Both the position numbers and the translations under genes were made by a program. A DNA stretch of 64,000 nucleotides, from contig JBEKZZ010000016.1 in NCBI GenBank assembly GCA_049509335.1, positions 3,243-67,242 of the forward strand. The letters are read 5' to 3'. The DNA comes from Bradyrhizobium sp. (GTDB taxonomy: Bacteria; Pseudomonadota; Alphaproteobacteria; Rhizobiales; Xanthobacteraceae). Each line of letters begins with the position of its first letter. Within the stretch, counting starts at the first letter, position 1. Positions 9,707-19,833 of this stretch are shown here, in pieces. The notes under the pieces were generated by a model. That model saw nothing but the letters and a program-made list of their open reading frames with translations. It ran no database searches and was not told the DNA's origin.

Positions 9707-10282
9707 ATGAATCAGAAGAACCTGCTTGAAGTCGACTGGAGCCAGATTCCGGCGCCCGCGGATGATGGAGCTGCCGATCACCTCAAGGGCCAAACGATCC
9801 CGCCGATCAGCCTCGTGGCCACCGACGACACGACGATCACCCTGTCTGCGCTGTCGGGTCGCAGCGTGGTGTTCGCCTATCCCCGAACCGGCGAACCCGG
9901 CAGGATCTCGCTGGTCGATGATTGGGACATGATTCCGGGCGCACGCGGCTGCACACCGCAAACCTGCTCGTTTCGCGACCTCTTCGCAGAGCTGAAGGCG
10001 GCCGGCGCGCAGCATGTGTTCGGCCTGTCCACGCAGAGCAATGCCTATCAGACCGAGATGGCCTCCCGGTTGCACTTGCCATTTCCGGTCCTCTCGGACG
10101 AGAAGCTTGCTCTGACGAAGGCGTTGAACCTGCCGACGATGGAGGTCGCAGATCTGGTCCTGATCAAGCGGCTGGCGCTGATCATTGACGATGCGCGCAT
10201 TACCCACGTCTTCTACCCGGTCTTTCCGCCCGATCGGAATGCCGGCGACGTGCTGGAATGGTTGAAGGAAAATCGCGTTTAG
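9707..10282 (+). CDS. Peroxiredoxin (BCP/PrxQ-like)
   Basis: YP...PGARGCTPQTCSFRD peroxidatic CxxxxC motif. Confidence 0.88.
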   Translation: MNQKNLLEVDWSQIPAPADDGAADHLKGQTIPPISLVATDDTTITLSALSGRSVVFAYPRTGEPGRISLVDDWDMIPGARGCTPQTCSFRDLFAELKAAGAQHVFGLSTQSNAYQTEMASRLHLPFPVLSDEKLALTKALNLPTMEVADLVLIKRLALIIDDARITHVFYPVFPPDRNAGDVLEWLKENRV

Positions 10283-10962
10283 ACGAGATCAGCTCGCACT
10301 CTCGCGAATACGCTGTGAAACATTTCAGGCGTCAGGACGCCTGTGTTCGTGTTGTAACGCGAGCAGTGATAGCTGTCATAAAGCTTCAGCCGACCGGCTT
10401 GGTGAACGGCGCCATGCCCAAAGGGGGCGGACACAGCGCGAAGTCCCAGTGCTTTGACGGTCGATTCGTGGGCGATGCGTCCGAGCGCGACGATGGCGCT
10501 GAGACGTGGCATGCCCTCGATGGCGGCCAGGAGAAAGGGCCGGCAGTTGGCGATTTCCGCCGGCAGAGGCTTGTTCTGGGGCGGCACGCAACTCACCGCG
10601 TTGACAATGCGGCAATCCACCAGCGTCAGGCCGTCGTCGGGGCGGGCCTGATAGACGCCTTTGGCGAAACCGAATTTGATCAAGGTGGCGTAAAGCAGGT
10701 CGCCCGCGTAGTCGCCGGTGAACGGGCGCCCGGTGCGATTGGCGCCCTGCAAGCCCGGTGCAAGCCCGACGATCGCGAGCTTTGCGTTTCGATCTCCGAA
10801 GGCGGGGACCGGTGCGTTGAACCACTGCGGTTTTTGAGCACGGTTGGTCGCGCGGAAAGCAGCAAGCCTCGGGCAAAAGGCGCAATCGTGATCAGGCGCG
10901 GTTCCGGGCGGCAGAGAGACCTGTTTTACCGCTTTGCTTTCAGTCGTCGAAATCGTCGCCAT
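10279..10962 (-). CDS. Uracil-DNA glycosylase, family 5
   Basis: CAFCPRL Fe-S motif, GLAPGLQGANRTGRPFTGD, SYHCSRYNTNTG. Confidence 0.9.
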   Translation of the reverse strand: MATISTTESKAVKQVSLPPGTAPDHDCAFCPRLAAFRATNRAQKPQWFNAPVPAFGDRNAKLAIVGLAPGLQGANRTGRPFTGDYAGDLLYATLIKFGFAKGVYQARPDDGLTLVDCRIVNAVSCVPPQNKPLPAEIANCRPFLLAAIEGMPRLSAIVALGRIAHESTVKALGLRAVSAPFGHGAVHQAGRLKLYDSYHCSRYNTNTGVLTPEMFHSVFARVRADLV

Positions 10963-11569
10963 CGCCCCTCGACGCCAGCGTGGTCGCCCGTTGCAAGAAC
11001 TGCGGAGCGTGGTGGCGCGGCTCGCGGGGAGCTGGGCGTTCCGAAGGGTCGCGCCCGAGCTTGGATTGCAGCTCGACCAGATCGGTAAAAACGTCGGCCT
11101 GGCGGCGCAATTCGTCGGCGATCATCGGCGGCTGACTCGAAATCGTCGAGATCACGGTCACGCGTACGCCACGGCGCTGCACAGCTTCAACCAGCGAGCG
11201 GAAGTCGCCGTCGCCCGAGAACAACACGATCTGATCGACGTGCTCGGCCAACTCCATCGCGTCGACCGCGAGTTCGATGTCCATATTGCCCTTCACCTTG
11301 CGCCGCCCGCTCGCATCGATGAATTCCTTCGTCGCCTTGGTAACGACGGTGTAGCCGTTGTAATCGAGCCAATCGATCAATGGGCGGATCGAGGAGTATT
11401 CCTGATCCTCGATGATGGCGGTGTAGTAGAAGGCGCGAACCAATGTTCCCCGGCTCTGGAACTCCTTCAGAAGGCGCTTGTAGTCGATGTCGAAGCCTAG
11501 TGTCTTGGCGGTGGCATAGAGGTTGGCGCCATCGATAAAGAGCGCGATCTTATTGGAAGCGGGTGACAT
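10940..11569 (-). CDS. NYN/LabA/DUF88 family PIN-like protein
   Basis: FIDGANL, KGNMDIELAVD, SGDGDF acidic motifs. Confidence 0.92.
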   Translation of the reverse strand: MSPASNKIALFIDGANLYATAKTLGFDIDYKRLLKEFQSRGTLVRAFYYTAIIEDQEYSSIRPLIDWLDYNGYTVVTKATKEFIDASGRRKVKGNMDIELAVDAMELAEHVDQIVLFSGDGDFRSLVEAVQRRGVRVTVISTISSQPPMIADELRRQADVFTDLVELQSKLGRDPSERPAPREPRHHAPQFLQRATTLASRGDGDDFDD

Positions 11570-11920
11570 TCAGAATTCTCACAGAGTTCTTAAGGATATT
11601 TCCGGTATACTTCTTGGCACGGCCGCAGCTCCCCGCGTATTTGGAGACCGTGCTGCCGAAGCCCTGCGGATGTCTAGAGGCTACCGGAAAAAGGGTAGGC
11701 CGAAACAACCGGAAATGGATTTTGACAACGCAATGAAGCGTTTTCTTGTCCGCGCCAAAGTTGTGACAGCTCGAAACGCCGCACTGCCAGCCTCCGGTTT
11801 GGGTTATCAGAGCAAATTAGGTAGGCCAAATCACAAATTAGTCTTGCGAAACGACCTTTGCCCCTATAACTACCCCAACATAATCAACATATTCCGTCCC
11901 CATTAGCGGAGCGACATTCG

Positions 11921-12313
11921 ATGGCTCGCGTCACCGTAGAAGATTGCATTGATAAGGTCGACAACCGGTTCGATCTGGTTCTTTTGGCCGCGCATCGCGC
12001 CCGAATGATCTCGTCCGGGTCGCAACTCACGGTCGACCGCGACAACGACAAGAATCCGGTTGTATCGCTGCGTGAAATCGCCGATTCGGCGATTTCACCT
12101 GAGGATTTGCGCGAAGAACTCGTCCATTCCCTCCAGAAATTCGTCGAAGTGGACGAGCCCGAGCCCGATACGGTTCCATTGATCGGATCGGCTGGCGCGA
12201 GCGTTGATGCGGATGACACCGAAGTCGCTATTGAGCGCATGACTGAGGAAGAACTCCTGAAGGGTCTCGAGGGGCTTGCGCCGCCTGAAGAGCAGCCCGA
12301 AGAAGACGAGTAA
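11921..12313 (+). CDS. rpoZ: RNA polymerase omega subunit
   Basis: [28 protein letters not shown]...[11 protein letters not shown]. Confidence 0.98.
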   Translation: MARVTVEDCIDKVDNRFDLVLLAAHRARMISSGSQLTVDRDNDKNPVVSLREIADSAISPEDLREELVHSLQKFVEVDEPEPDTVPLIGSAGASVDADDTEVAIERMTEEELLKGLEGLAPPEEQPEEDE

Positions 12314-12354
12314 GTATTTACGTTACGTATCGCGGGCTAAAGCCCCTATTCGCC

Positions 12355-12387
12355 AAGGCCCGGACAAAGCTCCGGGCCTTTGCTTTT
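12355..12387 (+). terminator. Rho-independent terminator-like hairpin after rpoZ
   Basis: AAGGCCCGGA-caaagc-TCCGGGCCTT followed by TGCTTTT. Confidence 0.65.
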
Positions 12388-12617
12388 GGTACGCCCACTT
12401 TATGGTTACCGGCCGCGGCCGTCCGGCGAATCCATTGGAAACTGTCTCCTATTTAAGCTGACGGGCGCTGGTTTCTCGTTACACTACCTCGGTGTTCCCC
12501 AGGGCCTGGCGCGCCTTCTACATCAGGAGGGTGACGCCCGGCCGGGGAACCCACTACATTGCCAGATCATGTACGAAGCGAATCCGGTTCGGGTTCACTT
12601 GCGGAGGTGTTGACCCG

Positions 12618-14999
12618 ATGGCGTATCGGCGCCAGAGCCCGGAGCAGATGCAAGCCGCGAGTTCGATCTCGGTGGCGCAGCCGCCGGCTGCACCGGTATC
12701 CTCCTCGGCTGCACCGGTATCCTCCTCGGCTGCACCGGTATCCTCCTCGGCAGCGCCGGTCTCTTCCTCGGCTGCGCCGGGCCTGGAGCCGAAGCCGGCC
12801 AAGTCCCGCGCCCGCATGATGCGGCAATATGATCTGGTCGAGCGCGTCCGTTCCTACAATCCCGACACCAACGAAGACCTTCTGAACCGCGCCTACGTTT
12901 ACGCGATGAAGGCGCATGGTTCGCAGACCCGTGCTTCCGGCGATCCGTATTTCTCTCATCCGCTCGAGGTCGCGGCCATCCTCACCGATCTCAAGCTCGA
13001 CGATGCCACCATCGTCGCAGCGCTGCTGCACGACACCATCGAGGATACAGAAGCCACCCGCGGCGAAATCGATTCCGTGTTCGGACAGGAGATCGGGGCG
13101 CTGGTGGAGGGTCTCACCAAACTGAAGCGGCTCGAACTGGTATCGCGGGAAGCCAAACAGGCGGAGAACCTGCGCAAGCTCTTGTTGGCGATTTCCGATG
13201 ACGTGCGTGTGCTGCTGATCAAGCTCGCCGACCGTCTGCACAACATGCGCACGCTCGAATTCGTTCCGCCGGCGGCACGCCATCGCATCGCCGAGGAGAC
13301 GCTCGATATCTATGGGCCGCTCGCCGGGCGCATGGGCATGCAGGAGATGCGGGAGGAGCTTGAAGACCTGTCGTTCCGCACCCTCGATCCGGATGCCTAT
13401 TCGGTGGTCCGGCAGCGGCTCGATTCGCTGGCCGAGCAAAACCGCAATTTGATCGGCGAGATCGAAAGCCAGTTGTCCAAGAATCTCCAGAAGAACGGCT
13501 TGAAGGCGCATGTCTACGGCCGCCGCAAGCAGCCGTTTTCGATCTGGACCAAAATGCAGCGCAAGTCGGTCGGCTTCGAACAATTGTCCGACATTTTCGG
13601 TTTCCGCGTCGTGCTTGGGGATGTCGAGTGCTGCTACCGCGCGCTCGGCGTCGTGCACACCACCTGGCCCGTGGTGCCGGGCCGCTTCAAGGATTACATC
13701 TCGACGCCGAAGCAGAACGACTACCGCTCGATCCACACCACCGTGATCGGTCCGGGAAAGCAGCGCGTCGAACTGCAAATCCGCACCGAGGATATGGACC
13801 AGATCGCCGAGTTCGGCATCGCGGCGCACGCCTTCTACAAGGATGGCGTGGGATCACCGACCGAACGCCTGAAACGCGAATCCTCAGCTTTCGCCTGGCT
13901 CCGGCACACCATCGCGATTCTGTCGGATAGCGCCAATCCGGAAGAGTTTCTCGAACACACCAAGCTCGAACTGTTCCACGACCAGGTGTTCTGCTTCACA
14001 CCCAAGGGCAAGCTGATCGCGCTGCCGCGGCAGGCCAATGTGATCGACTTTGCCTATGCCGTGCATACCGACGTCGGCAACAGCGCGGTCGGCTGCAAGA
14101 TCAACGGCAAGTTCGCGCCGCTGTCGTCGGAATTGCAGAATGGCGACGAAGTCGAGGTCTTGACCTCGGACGCCCAGTCCTCGCCGCCAACGGCCTGGGA
14201 ATCGCTCGCGCGCACCGGCAAGGCGCGCGCGGCGATCCGAAGGGCCACACGCACCGCCGTGCGTGATCAATATGCCGGCCTTGGCCGCCGTCTCGTCGAG
14301 CGGCTGTTTGCCCGCGCCAAGATCGAATATGCCGACGACAAGTTGAAGGGGGCGCTGCCGCGGCTGGCGCGGGCCTCGATCGACGATGTGATGGCGGCTG
14401 TGGGGCGTGGCGAAATGAAGGCCTCCAACGTCGCTCGCGCGATGTATCCCGACTACAAGGAGGAGAGGGTTGCGCGGTATGGCGGCAAGAAGGGCCTCGC
14501 CGACAAGCTGAAGCTGAAATCGCCGGATGGGGCAGGGCGGAGCCTGTCGGCTATTCCGATTCGCGGCATCAATTCGGATTTGCCGGTCAAGTTCGCGCCC
14601 AATGGCGGCGCCGTGCCGGGGGACCGCATCGTCGGGATCATCTCTCCGGGCGAGGGCATCACGATCTATCCGATCCAGTCGCCGGCCTTGAAGGATTTCG
14701 AGGAACAGCCCGAGCGCTGGCTCGACGTGCGCTGGGATGTGGATGAGACGACGCCGCAGCGTTTCCCGGCGCGAATCATGATCGACAACGTCAATGAGCC
14801 GGGAAGCCTGGCCCAGGTCGCTACCGTCATCGCCGAGCACGACGGCAATATCGACAACATCAGCATGTCCCGCCGCTCGCCCGATTTTACCGAATTGACC
14901 ATCGATCTTGAGGTCTATGACCTCAAGCATCTCAGCGCTATTATCGCCCAGTTGCGCGCCAAGGCCGTGGTCGCACGGGTCGAGCGCGTCAACGGGTAA
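12618..14999 (+). CDS. spoT: Bifunctional (p)ppGpp synthetase/hydrolase (long RSH)
   Basis: HD motif ALLHDTIED, KLADRLHNMRT, KDYISTPK.NDYRSIHT, TGS and ACT domains; GGAGG RBS. Confidence 0.96.
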   Translation: MAYRRQSPEQMQAASSISVAQPPAAPVSSSAAPVSSSAAPVSSSAAPVSSSAAPGLEPKPAKSRARMMRQYDLVERVRSYNPDTNEDLLNRAYVYAMKAHGSQTRASGDPYFSHPLEVAAILTDLKLDDATIVAALLHDTIEDTEATRGEIDSVFGQEIGALVEGLTKLKRLELVSREAKQAENLRKLLLAISDDVRVLLIKLADRLHNMRTLEFVPPAARHRIAEETLDIYGPLAGRMGMQEMREELEDLSFRTLDPDAYSVVRQRLDSLAEQNRNLIGEIESQLSKNLQKNGLKAHVYGRRKQPFSIWTKMQRKSVGFEQLSDIFGFRVVLGDVECCYRALGVVHTTWPVVPGRFKDYISTPKQNDYRSIHTTVIGPGKQRVELQIRTEDMDQIAEFGIAAHAFYKDGVGSPTERLKRESSAFAWLRHTIAILSDSANPEEFLEHTKLELFHDQVFCFTPKGKLIALPRQANVIDFAYAVHTDVGNSAVGCKINGKFAPLSSELQNGDEVEVLTSDAQSSPPTAWESLARTGKARAAIRRATRTAVRDQYAGLGRRLVERLFARAKIEYADDKLKGALPRLARASIDDVMAAVGRGEMKASNVARAMYPDYKEERVARYGGKKGLADKLKLKSPDGAGRSLSAIPIRGINSDLPVKFAPNGGAVPGDRIVGIISPGEGITIYPIQSPALKDFEEQPERWLDVRWDVDETTPQRFPARIMIDNVNEPGSLAQVATVIAEHDGNIDNISMSRRSPDFTELTIDLEVYDLKHLSAIIAQLRAKAVVARVERVNG
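12687..12779 (+). repeat. In-frame 21-bp tandem repeat (about 4.4 copies; AAPVSSS) in the spoT N-terminus
   Basis: GCTGCACCGGTATCCTCCTCG x3 exact, then one degenerate copy and a partial. Confidence 0.95.
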
Positions 15000-15008
15000 G
15001 TCCGCAAT

Positions 15009-15109
15009 CCTCATGGTGAGGAGACGCACTTGCGTCGTCTCGAACCATGGGGCCACAATGAGGCTTCATCCTTCGAGACGCGGCGAAGACGCCGCTCCTC
15101 AGGATGAGG
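15009..15109. repeat. REP/RIME-like palindromic element (CCTCATGGTGAGG...CCTCAGGATGAGG)
   Basis: Terminal inverted repeats with internal hairpins; second copy at 47734-47858. Confidence 0.85.
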
Positions 15110-15140
15110 ATAATCAGCTTGTTCCTTGAGAATATTCTCA

Positions 15141-15899
15141 ATGTCAAAGACTTCCTCCCTACGCCTCGGAGTAAACGTCGACCACGTCGCCACACTCCGC
15201 AACGCGCGGGGCGGCGCGCGGCCCGATCCGGTGCGCGCGGCGCTGGCGGCGATTGCGGCTGGCGCCGACGGCATTACCGCGCATTTGCGGGAGGATCGCC
15301 GCCATATCCGCGACGAAGACATGGCGCGGCTCAAGGCCGAAATTTCGAAACCGCTGAATTTCGAGATGGCGGCCACCGCCGACATGCTCAAGATCGCGCT
15401 GGCGACCAAACCTCATGCGGTGTGTCTGGTGCCGGAGCGGCGGGAAGAACTGACGACCGAGGGCGGTCTGGATGTGGTTGGCCAGCACAATGCGCTCGCG
15501 CCCTATATCGCCCGGTTGAACGATTCGGGGGTGCGGGTGTCGCTGTTCATCGCAGCCGACCCGGCGCAGATCGAAATGGCCGCCACATTGCGCGCACCCG
15601 TGATCGAAATTCATACGGGCGCCTGGTGCGATGCGGTGGTCGACGGCCATCTCGACAAGGCCGAATCGGAATGGAAGCGCATCGTTGCCGGTGCTGCGTT
15701 GGCCCGCTCGGTCGGCCTGGAAGTGCATGCCGGCCACGGTCTCGACTACGCGACCGCGGAAAAAATCGCCTCCTTGGGCGAAATCGCCGAGCTCAATATC
15801 GGCTACTTCATGATGGGCGAGGCCCTGTTTGTCGGCCTTGCGGAAACGGTTCGCGCGATGCGTGCCGCGATGGATCGCGGCCGGAAGGCAGGCGGGTAA
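15141..15899 (+). CDS. pdxJ: Pyridoxine 5'-phosphate synthase
   Basis: [37 protein letters not shown]. Confidence 0.97.
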   Translation: MSKTSSLRLGVNVDHVATLRNARGGARPDPVRAALAAIAAGADGITAHLREDRRHIRDEDMARLKAEISKPLNFEMAATADMLKIALATKPHAVCLVPERREELTTEGGLDVVGQHNALAPYIARLNDSGVRVSLFIAADPAQIEMAATLRAPVIEIHTGAWCDAVVDGHLDKAESEWKRIVAGAALARSVGLEVHAGHGLDYATAEKIASLGEIAELNIGYFMMGEALFVGLAETVRAMRAAMDRGRKAGG

Positions 15900-15902
15900 G
15901 GC

Positions 15903-16322
15903 ATGATCATCGGCATCGGCTCCGACCTGATCGATATCCGCCGGGTCGCCAAGGTGATCGAGCGTCATGGCGATCGTTTTCTTGATCGGATCTTCACCGG
16001 CGCCGAGCGCGCCAGGGCTGAACGCCGCGCCAAGAACCCGAACATGGTCGTGGCAACCTACGCCAAGCGATTTGCAGCCAAGGAAGCCTGTTCCAAGGCG
16101 CTCGGAACCGGTATCCGGCAGGGTGTCTGGTGGCGTGACATGGGGGTCGTCAACCTGCCCGGTGGCCGGCCAACCATGCATCTGACCGGTGGGGCGCTGG
16201 CCCGGCTGGAAGCACTCACCCCGGTGGGCTTTGAGGCCAAAATCGACCTCAGCATTACCGACGATTGGCCCTTGGCCCAGGCCTTCGTCATCATTTCGGC
16301 CGATGACATCCGTAACGCATGA
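15903..16322 (+). CDS. acpS: Holo-ACP synthase
   Basis: [26 protein letters not shown]. Confidence 0.97.
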   Translation: MIIGIGSDLIDIRRVAKVIERHGDRFLDRIFTGAERARAERRAKNPNMVVATYAKRFAAKEACSKALGTGIRQGVWWRDMGVVNLPGGRPTMHLTGGALARLEALTPVGFEAKIDLSITDDWPLAQAFVIISADDIRNA

Positions 16323-16458
16323 AGCGGGCGATCGCAGGCCGTAACAAAACTAAAATGTTATATTTATCAGTGGCTTATGAAATATTGAATAAGCCGTTGA
16401 TTGCGCGCTCCACAACAACCGTCTAAAACGCGGAGGGCGTTCGGACCGAGTCCCGCTT

Positions 16459-16676
16459 GGGATTTGGCATTCGCTTTACGGGCGGGGAGCGAATGCCAAA
16501 TCCACTCCACTAGTGCGGCGAATTTGACGTTCCCATCAGTTTTGCCGCGCGTTCGTTTCGGGAACTTCAGATTCAAAGGCCGCACTAGAAATCATTTTTT
16601 GCTAGAGCTCCTATGATTCCGAAGTTCGCATCAGAGGCCCCCCAACGACATGCGAACATCGGAATCGGAGCTCTAG
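16459..16676. repeat. Cluster of three hairpin repeats including a CTAG-bounded bipartite element (16510-16676)
   Basis: GGATTTGGCATTCGCT..AGCGAATGCCAAATCC; CTAGTGCGG..CCGCACTAG; CTAGAGCTCC..GATTCCGAAGTTCGCA..TGCGAAC.TCGGAATC..CTAG; homologous to 60372-60538. Confidence 0.8.
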
Positions 16677-16772
16677 TCCATTTCCTTGACGCGAAGCGAA
16701 TGCTGGTCGCGTGGGGACCGTTCTCTGCCGCCAGGGGCGGCGGGCAACAAGAAGCAGGAAGTTAAGGAAGCC

Positions 16773-17522
16773 ATGAGCGTGACATCCAGTACCAAATCCG
16801 AAGGCGGCATGGGCGAGACCGTCCGCGTCATCGTTCATGCTCTCCTGATCGCGCTCGTCATCCGCACCTTCCTGTTCCAGCCCTTCAACATTCCGTCGGG
16901 ATCAATGAAGGCGACGCTTCTCGTCGGCGATTATCTTTTCGTCTCGAAATATTCCTACGGTTACAGCCACTATTCGTTTCCGTTTTCGCCACCGCTGTTT
17001 TCGGGCCGTATCCTGGGCGCCGAGCCTACGCGCGGCGACGTCATCGTGTTCCGCCCGCCTCACGATCCTTCGACCGATTTCATCAAGCGCTTGATCGGGC
17101 TGCCCGGCGACCGCATCCAGATGAAGGACGGCCTGCTCTATATCAACGACACCCCGGTCAAGCGCGAACGCTTGAGCGATTTCGTCGGCGAGGATCCTTG
17201 CAGGCTGGGGCCAGCCAGGCCGGTGAAACGCTGGAAGGAAACTCTGCCAAACGGCGTCAGTTACGAATCTCTCGATTGCTTTGAGAACGCTCGCTACGAC
17301 AACACCGAAGTCTACGAGGTGCCGCAGGGTACCTTCTTCATGATGGGTGACAACCGCGATGACTCCGAGGATAGCCGCGCGTGGCGCTATGTGCCGTTCG
17401 AAAATCTGGTCGGCCGGGCTCAGATAATTTTCTTCTCCGTCTATGAGGGAGAAAACGGCTGGATGTTCTGGCGCTGGCCATGGTCGGTTCGCTGGAATCG
17501 CATATTCAAACTTGTGCGATGA
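16773..17522 (+). CDS. lepB: Signal peptidase I
   Basis: IPSGSM (Ser), FIKRLIGLPGD (Lys), MMGDNRDDSEDSR. Confidence 0.96.
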   Translation: MSVTSSTKSEGGMGETVRVIVHALLIALVIRTFLFQPFNIPSGSMKATLLVGDYLFVSKYSYGYSHYSFPFSPPLFSGRILGAEPTRGDVIVFRPPHDPSTDFIKRLIGLPGDRIQMKDGLLYINDTPVKRERLSDFVGEDPCRLGPARPVKRWKETLPNGVSYESLDCFENARYDNTEVYEVPQGTFFMMGDNRDDSEDSRAWRYVPFENLVGRAQIIFFSVYEGENGWMFWRWPWSVRWNRIFKLVR

Positions 17523-18337
17523 GCGACGACGCATCAGAAATCATTACCCCGGCAACCGGCAAAGCAAGTCCGCAGATTGAAGCCGGTAGCGAGCCTGCGG
17601 CAAAGAAAAAGAAACGGCCGAGAGCAAAATCAGGCTCGAAGGCTGCTACCGCCGCGCTTGAGGCGCGGATCGGGCATCAATTCGCCGATAGCGCCTTGCT
17701 CGCAATGGCCCTGACCCACGTCTCCGCGCTAAAGCCTTCGCGCAAGCGAGGCGACAGCTATCAGCGGCTGGAATTCCTCGGCGATCACGTGCTCGGATTG
17801 ATCGTCTCGGATATGCTCTACCGGGCATTTCCGAACGCCGATGAGGGCGAGTTGTCCAAGAGGCTGGCCGATCTTGTGCGCAAGGAGAGCTGTGCCGACG
17901 TCGCCAAATCGTTGGGGCTCGTCGACGACATCAAGTTGGGGGCGGTCGGCGCGGGGGCCGGCGCGCGCCTGCGTAAATCCGTGCTCGGCGACATCTGCGA
18001 GGCGGTGATCGGCGCGGTATTTCTCGACGGCGGCTACCAGGCGGCTTCGCAATTCGTCGAGCGAAACTGGACCGAGCGGATGCACAAGCTGCGGCGGCCA
18101 CTGCGCGATCCCAAGACCACGTTGCAGGAGTGGGCGCAAGGAAAGGGGCTGCCGACGCCGGTCTATCGCGAAATTGAACGCACCGGGCCGCATCACGATC
18201 CGCAATTCCGGATTGCGGTCGAGTTGCCTGGTCTGGCCTCAGCCGAAGGCGTCGGTGGAAGCAAGCGCGCCGCTGAGAAGGCTGCGGCCTCCGCCATGAT
18301 CGCGCGCGAGGGCGTCGGCGGCGGCAGCAATGACTGA
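17519..18337 (+). CDS. rnc: Ribonuclease III
   Basis: QRLEFLGDHVLGL signature; dsRBD DPKTTLQEWAQ; ATGA overlap with lepB. Confidence 0.96.
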   Translation: MSDDASEIITPATGKASPQIEAGSEPAAKKKKRPRAKSGSKAATAALEARIGHQFADSALLAMALTHVSALKPSRKRGDSYQRLEFLGDHVLGLIVSDMLYRAFPNADEGELSKRLADLVRKESCADVAKSLGLVDDIKLGAVGAGAGARLRKSVLGDICEAVIGAVFLDGGYQAASQFVERNWTERMHKLRRPLRDPKTTLQEWAQGKGLPTPVYREIERTGPHHDPQFRIAVELPGLASAEGVGGSKRAAEKAAASAMIAREGVGGGSND

Positions 18338-19259
18338 CGAATTGCCAGAGGAAACCTCGCCACCCGCACCGCGTTGCGGCTTTGTCGCGCTGATTGGTGC
18401 GCCGAACGTCGGCAAATCGACGCTGGTCAATGCGCTCGTCGGTTCCAAGGTCACGATCGTCTCGCGCAAGGTGCAGACGACGCGGGCGCTGATCCGCGGC
18501 ATCGTGGTCGAGAACAACGCGCAAATCATTCTGGTTGATACCCCCGGCATCTTCGCCCCCAAGCGGCGGCTGGACCGGGCGATGGTCTCCACCGCCTGGA
18601 GCGGGGCGCATGACGCCGATCTCGTCTGCGTGCTGCTCGATGCCCGCGAAGGGCTGGATGAGGAAGCCGAAGCGATCTTCGCCAGACTGGCGGATGTCGC
18701 GCACGAGAAGATTCTGGTCATCAACAAGATCGATCTGATCCTGCGCGAAAAATTGCTCGCGTTGGCCATGGCCGCCAACGATCGCCTCGCATTCACGCAC
18801 ACCTTCATGGTCTCTGCGCTCTCGGGCAATGGCGTTGACGATTTGCGCCGTACGCTCGCCGCGATGGTGCCGCCTGGGCCGTTTCACTATCCGGAAGACC
18901 AGATGTCGGACGCGCCGATCCGGCAACTGGCGGCCGAAATCACGCGGGAGAAAATCTTTCAAAAGCTTCATCAGGAGTTGCCGTATCGCTCCACGGTCGA
19001 GACCGACAGCTGGACCGAACGCAAGGACAAATCGGTTCGCATCGAGCAAACGATCTTTGTCGAGCGCGAAAGCCAGCGCAAGATCGTGCTCGGCAAGGGA
19101 GGCGCCACCATCAAGTCGATCGGGGCAGATGCGCGCAAGGAAATCGCCGAGATCATCGAGCAGCCGGTGCATCTGTTCCTGTTTGTGAAGGTGCGCGAGA
19201 ACTGGGGCGAAGATCCCGACCGCTATCGCGAGATGGGGCTTGAGTTCCCGACCGAATGA
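18330..19259 (+). CDS. era: GTPase Era
   Basis: GAPNVGKST, QTTR, DTPG, NKID; KH domain GKGG. Confidence 0.97.
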   Translation: MTDELPEETSPPAPRCGFVALIGAPNVGKSTLVNALVGSKVTIVSRKVQTTRALIRGIVVENNAQIILVDTPGIFAPKRRLDRAMVSTAWSGAHDADLVCVLLDAREGLDEEAEAIFARLADVAHEKILVINKIDLILREKLLALAMAANDRLAFTHTFMVSALSGNGVDDLRRTLAAMVPPGPFHYPEDQMSDAPIRQLAAEITREKIFQKLHQELPYRSTVETDSWTERKDKSVRIEQTIFVERESQRKIVLGKGGATIKSIGADARKEIAEIIEQPVHLFLFVKVRENWGEDPDRYREMGLEFPTE

Positions 19260-19304
19260 TCGGCGGAATAATCCGGATCAAATGAGAGATTGTTGGCGCC
19301 GTCG

Positions 19305-19673
19305 ATGAAAGTTCCAAACAACGTGGTCTGGTTTGAAGTGCTCTTGTACCTGTCGCTGACGTTCGATGCACTGTCAGTTGCGTTTGCCGACCGGTCGACC
19401 CTCGAGGGCGACCCGCTCGGCCCGATGATCCTGGAAGCGGGCTTGATCCTGCTGCTGGTCTATTTCGTTCACCTCGCAGCCCGGAAACGCAAGAATTGGC
19501 CGCGCTGGGTGCTGACGGCGCTGCTGGTGCTTTCAATATTTTCCCTGCTGCCGGTATTGGCCGAAGACGGCCTTGAGATCGACAGCGGCATCAAGGTCGT
19601 ATCCTGCATCCTGACGGCGATCGGCCTGTATTGCTCGTATACCGGCGATGCCCATGGTTGGTTTAACGCGTGA
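19305..19673 (+). CDS. Small hypothetical membrane protein (about 4 TM)
   Basis: Hydrophobic segments; RKRKNWPRWVL motif; fills the gap between era and recO. Confidence 0.7.
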   Translation: MKVPNNVVWFEVLLYLSLTFDALSVAFADRSTLEGDPLGPMILEAGLILLLVYFVHLAARKRKNWPRWVLTALLVLSIFSLLPVLAEDGLEIDSGIKVVSCILTAIGLYCSYTGDAHGWFNA

Positions 19674-19685
19674 GAATTTCCCGGC

Positions 19686-19787
19686 GTCATTCCGGGATGG
19701 TGCGCTAGCCAGACCCGGAATCTCGAGATTCTCCGATGTGCAATTGCACATCGTAGTTCGCTCGCCATGCTCGCGCCCCGGAATGAC
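19686..19787. repeat. REP/RIME-like palindromic element (GTCATTCCGGG...CCCGGAATGAC)
   Basis: Terminal inverted repeat with an internal GATGTGCAATTGCACATC palindrome. Confidence 0.85.
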
Positions 19788-19833
19788 ATTTAGCATAGCT
19801 GCACCTTCCGCCAGAATCCGGTAAGCTTGTCGC

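Noticed and set aside
11570-11920. ORF 11523-11906 or a folK remnant between the NYN gene and rpoZ
   Set aside because: No recognisable motif; consistent with a divergent promoter region
12687-12779. Possible CRISPR array
   Set aside because: Head-to-tail in-frame repeats with no spacers and no cas genes
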